Below, piece after piece: positions 13,824 through 27,697 of a stretch of 64,000 bases of DNA; within the stretch, counting starts at the first letter, position 1; each line of letters starts with the position of its first letter. This stretch comes from Eledone cirrhosa. Lineage: Eukaryota. The notes under the pieces are model-generated. The model had not been told where the DNA came from. It was given only the letters and a program-made list of their open reading frames with translations, and ran no database searches. Where the stretch lies: the NCBI GenBank assembly GCA_964016885.1, contig OZ024740.1, positions 424,762,001 to 424,826,000 of the forward strand. Direction: 5' to 3'. The position numbers were made by a program, and so were the translations under genes.

Positions 13824-16800
13824 ATGGCCGTATTAAGAGTAGGATGTTTAAATGTTCGAGGCCTGGGATCATCCTGGAAGCAGGGTCACCTGCTCACTGA
13901 CCTCAGGTCTCTAGAAATTGATGTAATTGCCGTCAGCGAGACCAGGATTTCCGACGCGCGCGCACTAGCCCCCATTTTCGACGACTATCAGATCTTTGCA
14001 TCTGTTAGCTGGCCGGGAATGGGAGGCGGGGTGGCAGTGCTGTTTAGGAAAGGCCTGGTGGTCCTGGACGTGAACAATAACGAAGGTGGTGCCTTTAGAC
14101 TGGTGGCCGTCTATGCTCCTACTGGGGAAGGACGGCCGGACTTCTTTAGACGCCTGGAAGCCTTTCTGGGCACGTCTCGCCCTTTACTGTTAGCGGGGAA
14201 CTGGAACGGCATCTTAGACGCACGCTGGGACTGTGTGGGAGTATCCGATAGGAGCGGGTGTGCAAAAGCCTCAAGAACCTGATCAGCCAGTTCCAACTGT
14301 CTGACAGGTACCGACTAGATTTCCCTAATGTGCCAGTGTGGACCTGGGCTAACCGCATAGGGTCATCTAGATCGTATATAGACAGGATATTCATTAGGAA
14401 AATAGACAGAAATAGTGTAAGCTGTCCACGTTTTGAAACGGCCGCCTATTCAGATCACAAGTTTGTGATCTGTATGGTCGACCTAGATAAGACGCGTAGG
14501 TTAGGACCTGGTTACTGGAAGCTAAACATGTCATTTCAGGCACGTAAGGCTTACAGGGACCAGGTCAACAATTTAGTTAAGAAAAAGTTGACAGGGGGAG
14601 TTGTCAACAATAGATGGTGGGGGGCTCTCAAAAGAGAGATTAGAGTAATGTCGATAGAGTTTAGCAAAGAAGTAGCGTTAGAGAAAAATAGAAAGGAGGG
14701 GGAGTTGGTAGATCAGTTAGACGAGGCTATTGGTAGTGGCATTGCAACTGACGTGCTAGCGCCGAGAATGGCATTAGACCATTTCTTCAATGCGAAACAC
14801 GAAGGTTGCATTATCAGAGCTAAGGCGCGTGCTCTGAGAAACGAGGGAACCAAAGCTGTTCGATGGGCCCGCGTGGCAGAGGCGCAGCGAAGTAATAAAA
14901 CCTCGATTCGGTCTTTGACGGACCGAGACGGACACGAGCTGAGCGATTCCAAGCGGATGTGTGAGGCCTTTCGCCAACATTTTGCTCGGTTGTTCGGGGG
15001 AAGTGGCCGGTCAGAGATGGTGGCGGACTTCAGTCCCTACCTCGATGGCTTGCCGCAAATCTCGACGGCTGACGCTGGGCGCTGCGAAAGGCCAATTACT
15101 TCAGCCGAGATTCAGGATGCCCTTGTCGGCTGCATGAGGCGCAAGTCACCCGGTTTGGATGGTCTGCCCTACGAGCTTTACGTAAATATGCCAGACTTGT
15201 TCTCCAATCTCCTCGAAGCCCCCTACTGCAACTGGCAGCAAAACGGGAGTATTCCCAGTCTGTGAGCCGGGGCGTAGTGACGCTGATAAGGAAAGACGAG
15301 AACAAGAGGGACACATTAGTCAATTTCAGGCCCATAACTCTGCTCAACACAGAGTTTAAGATTTTGGCAAGGGTGTTAGCGAAGAGGTTGGCGCTTGTCG
15401 TCGGGGATTTGGTTGGGGAGGCGCAAACTTGCGCAATCCCAACCAGATCCATACACGACAACCTCCACCTAATGCGATGCATCATAGAGAGCGTAGGGTG
15501 TAAACCTGGCTTTGGTGGGGCTCTGATCAAATTAGATCAATCGAAAGCATTCGATAGGGTCGACCATCGGTACCTGGAGGCTGTCCTCAAGGCGGCTGGC
15601 TTCGGCCCCGTCTTCAGAAGCTGGATCACTGCAATGCACAGCAGCACCTGCTCGATGGTCAAAATTAATGGCCACCTCTCGGAACCGTTTCAGGTCTTCC
15701 GATCGGCCCGTCAAGGGTGCCATCTCTCCTCCCTTCTGTACGTATTGACTCTCGAGCCTTTACTGCGGAAGCTGGAGCTGTTGCAGTGCATCCCGCTCGA
15801 ACCGGGACGCGGAAAGGCGGTGTCGGCTTATGCGGACGACATCACCGTGATGGTGTCGGACACCTCTGAAATCGACGTGGTCGGCAACTTATTGGAGGAA
15901 TATGAAAGGTTGACGGAAGCAAAACTTAACCCGGAAAATCGGTGGGCTTGCAACTCGGCACCTGGAGAGACAAGTCCATGCCGTCCAACAGCGTCGTTAG
16001 GCGCTGGACGGACGGACCGGTAAAGTAGCTAGGGGTTTGGTTCGGGTCAGACCTCCAGGTAGATAAGAATTGGGACGAGGTGACGGGCAGGGTAGCCAGT
16101 CTCACCCATAAATGGGCTGGGACGAAGCTATCACTGAAAGGTCGGGCGGAGGTGGCGAACGCGTACATCGCGTCCGTCATCTACTACCGTCTGACCGTCG
16201 TCCCTTGCCCCCGTTCGCGCCTCGCCATCTTGGAGCGGCTCCTCTTCAAATTCTTGTGGAGGGGTCAGGTTCCGCTGGTGAGGCGGTCCATCTGCTGTCA
16301 GCACCCTCTATGTGGAGGGCTGGGCATGCCGTGGCTAATGATGTGCAGGCACGCGCTGGGGCTGCGGCATCTCTAGATATTCTGCCTAAACGGTGAACAG
16401 GTGTGGTCGCCGTTTGTCAGACGGGCCTTACCGCAGCTCGTTTCTTTGATTGAGTTGCAGTCCTGGGTCAAGAAAAGACCGAGACTGGGTGACTGGCATC
16501 TGGAATGTTGCCAGGCACTCACTGCCCTCTGCCAGGCGGACAATGCGGTCAGTGGAACTTCCACTCTCGAGTTCTATAGAGGATTAGTGGTGGGGAAGTG
16601 CGACGACGCAATCGGAGAGGCTCTGGGAGTCAACGAAGTCGAACTAACCAGTCTGTACCGGAGGACTTTCGAGCCGGGGACGATGGAAAATTTCCCAAAA
16701 TCCCTCGCTTGGCAGTGCTACGGGGGGCACTGCCGGTTCGAAATAAACTCTACAGGCACAGAAGTGCTGTCAAACGGACCTGCCCGAGATGCGCGCAGAG

Positions 16801-17196
16801 CGACGAAACCGTTCTGCACGCACTCGTCCAGTGTCCGTGCATTACTGACTTGTGAAGTTATGTTGAACAGCTGTTGTCGCGTGTAAAACGGATCCGGTAT
16901 CGGCCGAGTCCATAGTGAAGATCGACACGCCGCCTTCTTTTGGCCAGGAAGGGCAGGCAATTTTCCTCTGTCTGGTGGCTGTAGCTACAGAGGTTGTATG
17001 GTGGACGAGGTTGAAAGGACTGAAGACAGACACTTTTCTCTTCGGCCAATCCCTCATCAACTTTTCCAAGTTTCACTTGGAAAGGAAGGTGAGGGTGGAG
17101 AGAGAAGTGCTGCCCCCCAGTACATTTGCTGAAAGGTGGGTGAATGTGGCGAGAATGGCCCGTATGAGTGGGCCTACTCTGGTCATGCGGCTGTAG
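13824..17196 (+). pseudogene. LINE ORF2: AP endonuclease + reverse transcriptase + CCHC, several frameshifts
   Basis: APE motifs LNVRGL, VSET, VYAP and SDH; RT motifs SPGLDGLP, FRPITLLNTEFKIL, DQSKAFDRVDH, RQGC and YADD; CPRCAQSDETVLHALVQC. Confidence 0.9.
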
Positions 17197-17474
17197 GGTA
17201 GGTAAATTTGAGGAGGAGAGGGGGTGCCCTTCCAGGGTGCTCTCGAAGCGTCGGGTCGTTCAGGATTGGTGGGGTACCTGAGCGAACCCTGGGTGGTCAC
17301 CGCCCCCCATTGGGGAATTTTTTCTTGTAATTTCTTGTTACTTTATTGTTACTTTGTTATTGTTATTCATAATGTTTACTCGATTTTTCTGTAAAAGACC
17401 ACTGTCCCAGTCTTTTGTATTGTCCCCTATATGTCGGCACTTGTCGCCAATAAATGAAATCATTATTATTATGG

Positions 17475-17620
17475 TTACGGTCTGAGTTCAAATCCCGCCG
17501 AGGTTTACTTTGCCTTTCATCCTTACGGGGTCGATAAAATAAAGTACCAGTAATGCACTGGGTAATTGCTGGCCTTGTGCCTAAAGTAGAAACAATTATT
17601 ATTATTGTTACTATTATTAT
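17475..17620 (+). mobile_element. tRNA-SINE copy (5'-truncated)
   Basis: B-box gagttcaaatccc plus family body. Confidence 0.8.
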
Positions 17621-17699
17621 TTTTTTTTTTTTTTCCCACTTCAATGATGTGCCAGAACAATATAAAAGAGATAATTGGCAATTTAGGTTCTGGAACAAA

Positions 17700-20600
17700 A
17701 AAGATAATTGGCAATAAGGGCAAGGGCTCCAGGTTATCATAGCCTGGGCCCGCTCGTCATCGTGCCATTGTAATAGAGCCAAACAAGGCATTTAGTCTTG
17801 GCTGCTGGAACGTACGGACGCTGCTTGACAGGGATTCCTTGGAGCGTCCTGAACGAAGGACCGCTCTTGTTGCAAAGGAGCTTCGACGTTACGATCTTGA
17901 CATCGTTGCTTTATCTGAAACGAGGTTAGCTGGAGATGGTCATCTTACGGAATTTTGTGGAGAATATACATTCTTCTGGAAAGGAAGAGATGAAGGAACC
18001 AGAAGAGAGGCTGGGGTAGGATTTGCTGTTAAGACTGTGCTTGTGAATAAATTAGAAGAATTCCCAGTAGGGATTAGTGAGCGTCTTATATCCATGAGAG
18101 TTCCGCTGGACAAAGGAAGATATGCTACCCTGGTGAGTGTGTATGCTCCAACTATGAATTCTGTCGATGAAGAAAAAGTGTCCTTTTACCATGCCTTGAA
18201 AGGTGTTTTTAGAAATATCGCTCAGGCAGACAAAGTCATCGTGCTTGATGACTTTAATGCTAGAGTGTGTAGGGATTTTAACACATGGAATGTAATCGGA
18301 AGGCATGAGGTGGGAAAGTGTAACAACAATGGTATGCTCCTGCTGTAGATGTGTGAGGAGCTGGATCTGTGTGTTACCAACACCATGTTCCAACAAAAGA
18401 ACAAATTCAAGACCACATGGATGCATCCTGCATCTAAGGAATGGCATCTTTTGGACTACGTCCTAGTCAGGATGCGTGACAGACAGGATGTGCAGTGTGT
18501 TCGTGTTCTTCGTGGAGCTGAGTGCTGGACGGACCACCGCCTGGTACGCGCAAAAGTGAAACTAATCACTAAACGTAAAATCCGGGCTCCTGGTGTTGCC
18601 CAGCCCAAAAGATTGAATGCTGCTCGTCTTAAGGATAAAAATGTGAAGAGGACATTGGAAGAAGTGATGCAGGTTGCAGATCTTTGTGAGGATTGGCCGA
18701 CCCTTAAAAAGTCGGTTCATGATGTAGGCAGGCGTGTTCTGGGATTGGTGCAGAGAAAACATCAGGACTGGTTTAATCAGAATGATGTACATATAGAAGA
18801 CCTGTTGGCTGATAAGAGGCGTGCTCTGTCACGCTACTTGACGGCAAAACCACAGGAGAGGAATACGTTGCATGAGGAACTCAAGGATCTAAAATCACGT
18901 GTTAGGCGGAGTCTTTCTCACATGAAGGATCAGTGGTGGAGTGAGAAGGCTGATGAGATACAAACTGCGCCAGATTCCAATAACACAAAGCTGTTGTACA
19001 GTCTCTTGCGTGAGGTTTATGGACCGTCTTCTTCTCTGGTGACACCGCTTCGCAGCAAGGATGGCAAAGAACATCTTCGTGACTCACAAGGAATTCTACG
19101 AAGGTGGCGAGATCACTTTGATGATCATTTGAATCAGCCGTCTGTCGTCAATGAAGATTTCTTCAATCTCATTCCAGAACGTCTTGTGAAAGTAGCTCTC
19201 GCAGAACCTCCGACGGTTGTGGAGGTTGCAGTGGCTATCTCGAAGCTGAACAGTGGAAGATCTCCAGGTATGGATGGCATACATGCTGAGCTCCTACAAT
19301 ATGGTGGTGAGAGACTCCTGCAACATCTTCACTCTTTGTTTGGCAGGATATGGGCTAATGAATCCGTACATGAGGACTGGAGAGACGCAGTAATGGTGGT
19401 CTTGTACAAGGGAAAGGGTAACAGGAATGATTGTGGGACTACGGAGGTATATCATTGCTTTCTGTCGTAGGGAAAGTTTTATGAGGGTGCTTCTGGACCG
19501 TCTGGTGACACACATTGCAGATTGTGTTCTTCCTGAAAGTCAATCTGGTTTTCGTGCTGGACGCGGCACTACTGATATGATCTTCTCAGCTAGACAGCTC
19601 CAGGAGAAGTGTATGGAACAAGGCTTGGATCTATATCAGGTTTTTGTCGATCTGACAAAAGCTTTCGATGCTGTTAACAGAAATGCATTATGGAAGGTTC
19701 TCCAGAAACTTGGAGCCCTGATAAGTTCCTTGCTTTAGTTAAGTCTTTCCATGTCGACATGAAGGCTTGGGTTAATGTCGGAGGTAATATGTCGGAGCCT
19801 ATCTCAGTAAAAAATGGAGTGAAACAGGGTGATATTCCAGCACCGACCCTGTTTGCCATATACTTTGCAATGGTTTTCTGTATTACATTCAGGAATTGTG
19901 AGCATGGTGTTTACATCCGATATCGAACCTCAGGCAGCATATTTAACATCAGGCGCTTTGCTGCAAAGACAAAAGTATTTACATCAATCATAAGAGACCT
20001 CTTGTATGCAGATGATTGCGATCTTGTAGCGCACACAGAGAGTGATATGCAGCACATTTTGAATGCATTTTCTGACGCTTGCACTGCCCTAGGATTGACG
20101 GTCAGTCTCAAGAAAACCGTCATCATGTACCAACCTGCTCCTGGTAAGCAGTAGAGTGAACGAAATATCTGTGTATGATAAACGACACGGAGTGGTTGAT
20201 CAGTTTGTCTACCTGGGAAGCACTGTCAATTGATACAGCAACCTTGATAATGAAATCTCACTTAGGATTAGGAAAGCAAGTGATGCTTTCGGAAAGCTAG
20301 AAAGGCGACACTGGGGTCAGCGAGACATATGCAAGAAGACAAAGGTAAAGGTGTACAAGGCATGCGTGCTCTCTTGTCTTCTTTATGCTTGCGAGACCTG
20401 GGTCACATATCGACACCACCTTAAGCAATTGGAGCGTTTCCATCAAATGTGTCTCAGACGGATCCATGGCGTTCACTGGAGGGATCACATCAGTGATATC
20501 GAGATTTTGGAAAGCTCTATGTGTGACAGTATAGAAGCTCTTGTGCTTAAGCAACGACTCCGTTGAGGCATCTCGAATCGCATACGAGAAAGTAAAGCGG

Positions 20601-20965
20601 GATGTGAGGAAGGGCATTGCTGTTGCACTTCCAGACGGAGAGGGTCCTCCTATGGTGCTGACATGCAGCGACTGTGCGAGACTCTGCCTAAGCAAAGCTG
20701 GACTCGAAAGTCATCTTTGCAGTCATAAAGTAAGACAAGTGGTTGACTACCAGGCTACTGTTGGAGATGCTACTCATCATGCTTGCCAAACATGTGGTAG
20801 AGAATGTAAATCAGCAGGAGGGCTCAAACGACATGCAAAAGTTCATGAACTCCAACCACAGCCGGCTATTCCCAGTGAATGTTTTGGTTGCGACTCTGTG
20901 CAAGACATTTTAGATCATTAGCTGGGCTAAAAAGCCACATTCGATCGCAGCGCTGTTAGTTGCTA
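17700..20965 (+). mobile_element. RTE-clade LINE, degraded single ORF (APE-RT-C2H2), with an internal deletion near 20562
   Basis: WNVRTLLD, ERRTALVAKELRRYDLDIVALSETR, VSVYAPT, TDHRLV, SPGMDGI, FVDLTKAFD, GVKQGD, LLYADD, and two C2H2 fingers (CSDC..H, CQTC..HAKVH); stops and frameshifts present. Confidence 0.92.
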
Positions 20966-21227
20966 TCGTGTGTGTGTGTGTATAGATATATATATGTTTA
21001 TATGTGTGCGCGTGTGTGTATATATATATGTATATGTATATTATTATTATTGTTGTTGTCATTATTATTATTGTTGTTATTATTATTATTAGTGTTATTA
21101 ATATATATGTATATGTGTATATATATTTATATATATATATATATATATGTGTGCATATATATATATATATATATATAGATATAGATAGGTAAATATACAC
21201 GGGTGTGTATGATTGTGTATAGAAGAT

Positions 21228-21325
21228 TATATTAATAAGAGGAATTCCAACTTTGTCTGATTTACTCGTTTTATTTAAATAAAACGAGTAAATCAGACAA
21301 AGTTGGAATTCCTCTTATTAATATA
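21228..21325. repeat. Perfect 98-bp palindrome with no spacer
   Basis: tatattaataagaggaattcc...ttattt|aaataa...ggaattcctcttattaatata, centred at 21276/21277. Confidence 0.9.
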
Positions 21326-21437
21326 TATATATATATATATTTTTTTTCGTGCAATGGCAATACTCGATAACGAGGGGGCAGCCATCATCATGTATGTATG
21401 TATGTATATGTGCATGTATGTATGTATGTATGTTTCT

Positions 21438-21932
21438 TATCTCTTTCTCTTAATTTCGAGTATATTTTTGACCGGCCACCTTCCTGGTGGCAAGGTTGTA
21501 AAAGAAAAGAGATTGTCATCCCTTGAATCGCAAGAATGTTTTGCAAATTTTGAAGGTGCCAGCTATCGCAGCCATTTGTAGACTATGAATTAGGGAGTTG
21601 CACTCTTTGTCCGCAAATCCAAGTTCAGTCATACTTTGGTCCAAGCGGGTTGGTATATAACCCGTAGCTCCAATAATGATGTGTATGAAGCCAAAGGTGT
21701 ATCTTGGATACTGGATTTGTAAACTCCTCATCAATGGTCCGTAGATGTCCTCCTTCTCCTGTATTTTTCTGACAACGTTTATATCAAGTGGGCAGCTGAT
21801 CTCCACAACAGAACACGTTTTCAATTTTTCAATGTGTGGTCCCAAACAACAATATCATGCCGGTTGTGCTTTAATTTGGTGGCAGTTTTTATTTTCAGGT
21901 TCCACCAGTATTCCGTAGTGCCATATGTCTCA

Positions 21933-21936
<4 letters not shown>
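21438..21936 (-). mobile_element. R4/Dong-like RLE LINE, 5'-truncated 3' fragment
   Basis: Encodes DIVVWD..VVEISCP..K...Y; same 3'UTR as the full copies; (TACA)n on both flanks. Confidence 0.88.
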
Positions 21937-21963
<27 letters not shown>

Positions 21964-22004
21964 TGTATGTATGTATGTATGTATGTATGTATGTATGTAT
22001 GTAT

Positions 22005-22612
22005 GTCAGGTCACCAGTTGGTGCTACTGGTAACATGTATCCCAGTACAACCTGTCTCATGGTCGGGTCGTTGGCGACTAAACTGGCAACCCCACCAAGG
22101 TTTCTTGGTGAGGAGGGTGACTTTGGACATCCTGCAGGACTAAAAACAAAACCTGTCAAAGGGCAAAGGAGCTCTTAAGAGTCAATGGCCATCCAAAATC
22201 ACCGGGAGAGATGACCCCTTAGCCTTTGTCAAGGCAGAATTCTAGGAGAAGGAAAACTCTGATATAACACCTGCAACTCTGATGGTATCCAATGATGTTG
22301 ACTTGTTCTTCTTTTTGGTAAATATCATCTTGGTTAAGAGAGTGGGACTGGCTTTGTGCAGTGCCTTTGCTCACTATAAACGCTTCACGGCACAGGCATT
22401 GCTTTATATCTGGAGATATCTCTGCACTTGTTGTCACATGGTACCATGGGCCCAGCACTATGTGTCAATAATTGTCACAAGTGTAGTGTTTGTACCAGCG
22501 TTTTCAAGTCGCTGGCGGGACTAAAAAGTCACACTCGTTCAGCGCATCGGTAGGGGTTCTCCTACATGGATATAAAGTAGTGGTTGTACTCGAAAATGAG
22601 TTGGCAGCCACC
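22005..22612 (+). mobile_element. RTE-derived non-autonomous element, copy 2 (complete, ~608 bp)
   Basis: Starts gtcaggtcacc after (ATGT)n and ends gcagccacc plus (ATGT)n; near-identical to copies 1 and 3. Confidence 0.8.
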
Positions 22613-22688
22613 ATGTATGTATGTATGTATGTATGTATGTATGTATGTATGTATGTATGTATGTATGTATGTATGTATGTATGTATGT

Positions 22689-25600
22689 TATCTCTTTCTC
22701 TTAATTTCTAGTATATTATTTTGACCGGCCACCTTCCTGGTGGCAAGGTTGTAAAAGAAAAGAAATTGTCATCCCTTGAATCGCAAGAATGCTTTGCAAA
22801 TTTTGAAGGTGCCAGCTATCGCAGCCATTTGTAGACTATGAATTAGGGTAGCTGCACTCTTTGTCCGCAAATCCAAGTTCAGTCATACTTTGGTCCAATC
22901 GGATTGGTATATAACCTGTAGCTCCAATAATGATGGGTCTGAAGCTAAAGGTGTATCTTGGATACTGGATTTGTAAACTCCTCATCAATGGTCCGTAGAT
23001 GTCCTCCTTCTCCTGTATTTTTCTGACAACGTTTACATCAAGTGGGCAGCTGATCTCCACAACAGAACACGTTTTCAATGTGTGGTCCCAAACTACAATA
23101 TCAGGCCGGTTGTGCTTTAATTTGGTGGCAGTTTTTATTTTCAGGTTCCACCAGTATTCCTTAGTGCCGCCTGTCTCAATATATTCCTCCTCGTTTGTTG
23201 TTAATTTTGTTTTCCGAAGTGCGTTCCAGATAGTTCTAGCTATCCCATCATGTTTCATGGGAGGTAGTAGCGAGATGGCATTCTTTCGCAGCTGGCAACA
23301 ATGTGGCTTACATCCTCGATCTTTGTTTTACATAACCAACATTTATTGTCAGCTGCTGGCCCTCCTCTTTTGTGCAGCAGATATTTGGTAGGGAGTTCTT
23401 GTTCCTTTATTGCATAGAGATATCCCTCATGGTGTGATGTCATAAACTTGTCGGAACTCCATGCCAGGCTTTTTGAGTGGTTTATCCCCTCTATGGTCTG
23501 TGCTTTACGCCTCAAGTATCTATGCACAACTTTTTCTGTAAATTGGTCAATTTTTTAAATCTTGTTTGAACGTTAAATAGGATCTTCCGATTTCTGTGGG
23601 TGAGAGATTTATATCAGGCTTTATTCCATATCTCTCCTCCAGATCAGTCGCTATTCTAATGATATATTTTTTTTCATGCTCATAAACCTGGGCAAGATGG
23701 TTGCCAACCTTTTTCCTCTGTTGCTTCAGTGTTACTATCCAGGTCTCATATGTTGTTAATATTGATTTTAGACCTTGGCCCCCTTCCTTGCGTGAGAAGT
23801 ATAGCCTATCCACATCACCATTGATGTTAAAGTTCCCAGTAACACTGAGAAGTTTGCGAGTTCTAACATCCATCTCATTTAGTTCTTGCAATGTCCAGTT
23901 CAGCAGGCCAAATGTTGGCGTTAGAATTGGCACAGCATAAGTATTGTGGGCAATGTATTTGTTGTACGCTGACAGTTCTGATGACCATATTTTCTTTACT
24001 CTTCTGAGGTATTCAGTTCTGGTTCTCTCCTTATTTATGGGTCCAACATATCTGACATTCTCATCCTGTCCGAGATATCTGTAGTTGTCACCTGACTGTA
24101 GAGGTTGTATTGTCAGGCCGTTCATCTCTAGATTTCTAGAGGAGGGCACAGCTCTTCCAGGTTTTACTGCCAAATATGCACACTTGGACTCACCAAATTT
24201 CATTTTGATGTCGGTTGAAAATTGTGTAATGAGGTCCAATTGTTTCTTGATGTCATTGATATTTGGCCCATACAACTTCAGGTCATCAACAAAGAAAAGA
24301 TGGGAGATACTTCTGTGCCCACTTCTTTGTCCACCTTGTTTCCTGAGTTGGTAAGATAGTGGAATCAGTGAGAGAACGAAGAGTAGCACTGACAAGCTAT
24401 CACCCTGAAAGATGCCCTTCTGTTAATGTATCTTATCAGTCTTAACTTGCTCCTTCTCACCTCTAAGGATCAAATTGGTGTACCAGTTCTTGGTCAGGCG
24501 TTCAACAGCAGCTACCAATGGTTGTGGGACTTTAGCTAACTGTAAAGCCTTAATAATCCACCCATGAGGTACACTATCAATGCTTTTTCATAGTCCATCC
24601 ACACTACAGTCATGTTTCTGCGATTCTTTGTTGTTTTTTCCTGAATCATTTTATTAGTTAGTAGGTGATCTATGCAACCCCACACCTCCCTCTTTCCACC
24701 AGCTTGCTCATGTGTTATGATGTTGTTGGTAGCACAGTGATCCTGTAAGAACAGGTTAAGGCACCCAGTATATAATTTATACATGATGTTTTGGCAGGCT
24801 ATTGGACGGTAATTTTTAGCAAGGGTGATTTGGCTATTTTTGAGAATGAGGAGAGTAGTGGCAATTGATAACCATCTGGGCAGTTCTTGTGTGCCTTTAA
24901 TGGTTTCTGTAAACAGCCGTATGAGATCTTGCCGATAGAAAGTGAAATTCTTCAACCAGTATCCTGTAATGAGGTCTGGGCCTGGTGATTTCCTATTCGA
25001 CATTTTCTGTAGAGCTGTTTCCAGTATTGACCCATCTATGTCATATTGTTTTGTCTGGACATGTTGGCAGTAGTCCTGTTCCATTTCTTTTAGCCAATTA
25101 GTTTGTCTGTTGAATCCGTCATCCGTTTCCCATACAGATCTCCAGTAGCTCTCAACCTGTTCTTTTGAAGGGGTGTCATTTACAGAGATTGAGCTTTTGC
25201 CACCGAAGCTGCGATAAACTGATTTAGGATCTCTGGCAAACAATCTATTTACCACTTGTCGTTTATGTGCTGTTGACTTATATTTTAGTCTTTCTGTTGT
25301 AGCTGTGAGTTGTTGTTTCAACTGGTGTAATTTGGAGTTCAAAGTTTTAAATTTTGTATCTCCAAATCGTATCTCTAACTTTTTCTTTAGGTTTTCCTGA
25401 TGTCGTGTGAAGTTGATCTCTATGTTGCATTTCATAACGACTGCGATGTGTGAGATACTTCGTCTCAGGGACAAAATTTTGCTTTTAAATTTCGCATCCA
25501 CGCTGGTTCAGGCTTTCTGTTTGTATCTTGATTGCGTGGTTTTAGATGTGGTTTTAGTGGGTTCTTTACTGATTCTGGTGTTGTATAGTCTGTCACTCAC

Positions 25601-26770
25601 ATTAAGGCTGTGTATCTCTTGAAACATATCGTCCCATATCACTTGTAAGGTGTCCACAAGTTTTTGGTGTTCTGTTTGTACAGTAGAGTCATGAATTTCA
25701 GCCTCGTTGTTGATGTGGTGACAATTACTACTAGAGTTAGCTGACCATTCTCGCTGTTCTTCAGTGGAAGTGGGATGGATTTCAGCAAAATTGTTGGTGA
25801 GCTGTTCACTGTTAGATTTAACTGGCCATTCTCTTTGTCTGTCAGTGGAGGTGGGGTGGTTGTCTACAAGGGCTGTATTTGTAGTATCACTCAATTCCGT
25901 TAGATGTATCAAGTTACATCTAATGATACGTTTTGCCTGTTCATTTAAATGCTTTGGAGAAAAGTCTAATTCTGGGTGTTTGGAGTTCCATAAAGTTTTT
26001 AGCCTTTGCATAAAACCGAACTTTTGGGGTTCAGATTGTTTGTATGCTTCATATAATACTTTGTTAAGCTCGTAGCTCCACTGTATACAACGGTTGTATT
26101 TGCGATTTGGTCGAAGGAGACTTGTACTTTTTGCCATGATGAGTTCGTCTATTCACTAATATTTCGTATTTATTTTTCAAAATAGTCGATGATCTTCTTT
26201 AAAAGTCTCGACAAAGTTCTGTCAGAATCAAATTTAAAGTTATTCACAGCTTGGGTAATATTTCTGTTCAGTTAGTTTTTAATTCTACAACTGTGTTTTA
26301 AACGTTGTTCTTGAATCGTTTGAATCGAGAACAAAAAGAACCGTTACTTAGTATATTTCTTTATGAATGTAATATAATATAACAACGCTGTATTTATATG
26401 TTAAAGTTTATGTATCATTCATATAAATAGGTGTTCTACAACTTATTCACAACATATTCACAGTTCAAACACTTATGTTTTTGTTTCTGAATCGAAAACG
26501 TTACTTGTATATTTCTTTATAAATGTAATATAAAACGTTGCATTTATATGTTAAAGTGTATGTATCGTTCATATATCATAAGTGTATGTATCGTTCATAT
26601 AAATAGGTGTTTTACAACACACTTACAGCTCAAACACTTATGTAGAATTATTGTATGTAATCTTACCGCGTAATGTAGCTCAACTTTTTCCAATATATGG
26701 TATGTTGCCTTCATGTAAGCCGTAATTACACACGTCCGATTATCGGACACTGACCACAACGGTCGCCATT
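22689..26770 (-). mobile_element. R4/Dong-like RLE non-LTR retrotransposon, near full-length copy 1
   Basis: Disrupted single ORF 26137 to 22769: SPGPD, NYRPIAC, GIFQGDSLS, FFVDDLK, YRYLG, zinc motif C-x2-C..H..C, RPDIVVWD..EISCP; ~630-bp 5'UTR; (TACA)n flanks. Confidence 0.9.
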
Positions 26771-26900
26771 ATGTATGTATGTATGTATGTATGTATGTAT
26801 GTATGTATGTATGTATGTATGTATGTATGTATGTATGTATGTATGTATGTATATGCGTATGTATGCATGTTTGTATGTATATGTATGTATGTATGTATGT

Positions 26901-27697
26901 TTTCTCTTTCTCTTAATTTCGAGTATATTTTTTTGACCGGCCACCTTCCTGGTGGCAAGGTTGTAAAAGAAAAGAAATTGTCATCCCTTGAATCGCAAGA
27001 ATGTTTTGCATATTTTGAAGGTGCCAGCTATCGCAGCCATTTGTAGACTATGAATTAGGGAGCTGCGCTTTTTGTCCGCAAATCCAAGTTCGGTCATACT
27101 TTGGTCCAAGCGGGTTGGTATATAACCCGTAGCACCAATAATGATGGGTATGAAGCTAAAGGTGTATCTTGGATACTGGATTTGTAAGCTCCTCATCAAT
27201 GGTCCGTAGATGTCCTCCTTCTCCTGTATTTTTCTGACAACGTTTACATCAAGTGGGCAGCTGATCTCCACAACAGAACACGTTTTCAATGTGTAGTCCC
27301 AAACTACAATATCAGGCCGGTTGTGCTTTAATTTGGTGGCAGTTTTTATTTTCAGGTTCCACCAGTATTCCTTAGTGCCATCTGTCTCAATATATTCTTC
27401 CTCGTTTGTTGTTAATTTTGTTTTCCGAAGTGCGTTCCAGATAGTTCTAGCTATCCCATCGTGTCTCATGGGGAGGTAGTAGCGAGATGACATTCTTTCG
27501 CAGCTGGCAACAATGTGGCTTACATCCTCGATCTTTGTTTTACATAGCCTACATTTATTGTCAGCTGCTGGCCCTCCTCTTTTGTGCAGCAGATATTTGG
27601 TAGGGAGTTCTTGTTCCTGTATTGCATAGAGATATCCCTCAAGGTGTGATGTCATAAACTTGTCGGAACTCCATGCCAGGCTTTTTGAGTGGTTTAT
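26901..27697 (-). mobile_element. R4/Dong-like LINE 3' fragment
   Basis: ORF 26981-27655 with CRLC..H..C, RHD and a PD-(D/E)xK-type RLE; tandem with copy 1. Confidence 0.9.

Larger units (their letters stand above)
11613..17472 (+). mobile_element. Tx1/L1-clade non-LTR retrotransposon, near full length, degraded
   Basis: ORF1 with a CCHC knuckle plus ORF2 with APE, RT and a C-terminal zinc motif; AATAAA at ~17449 followed by an (ATT)n tail; (ATT)n also at the 5' junction. Confidence 0.9.
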
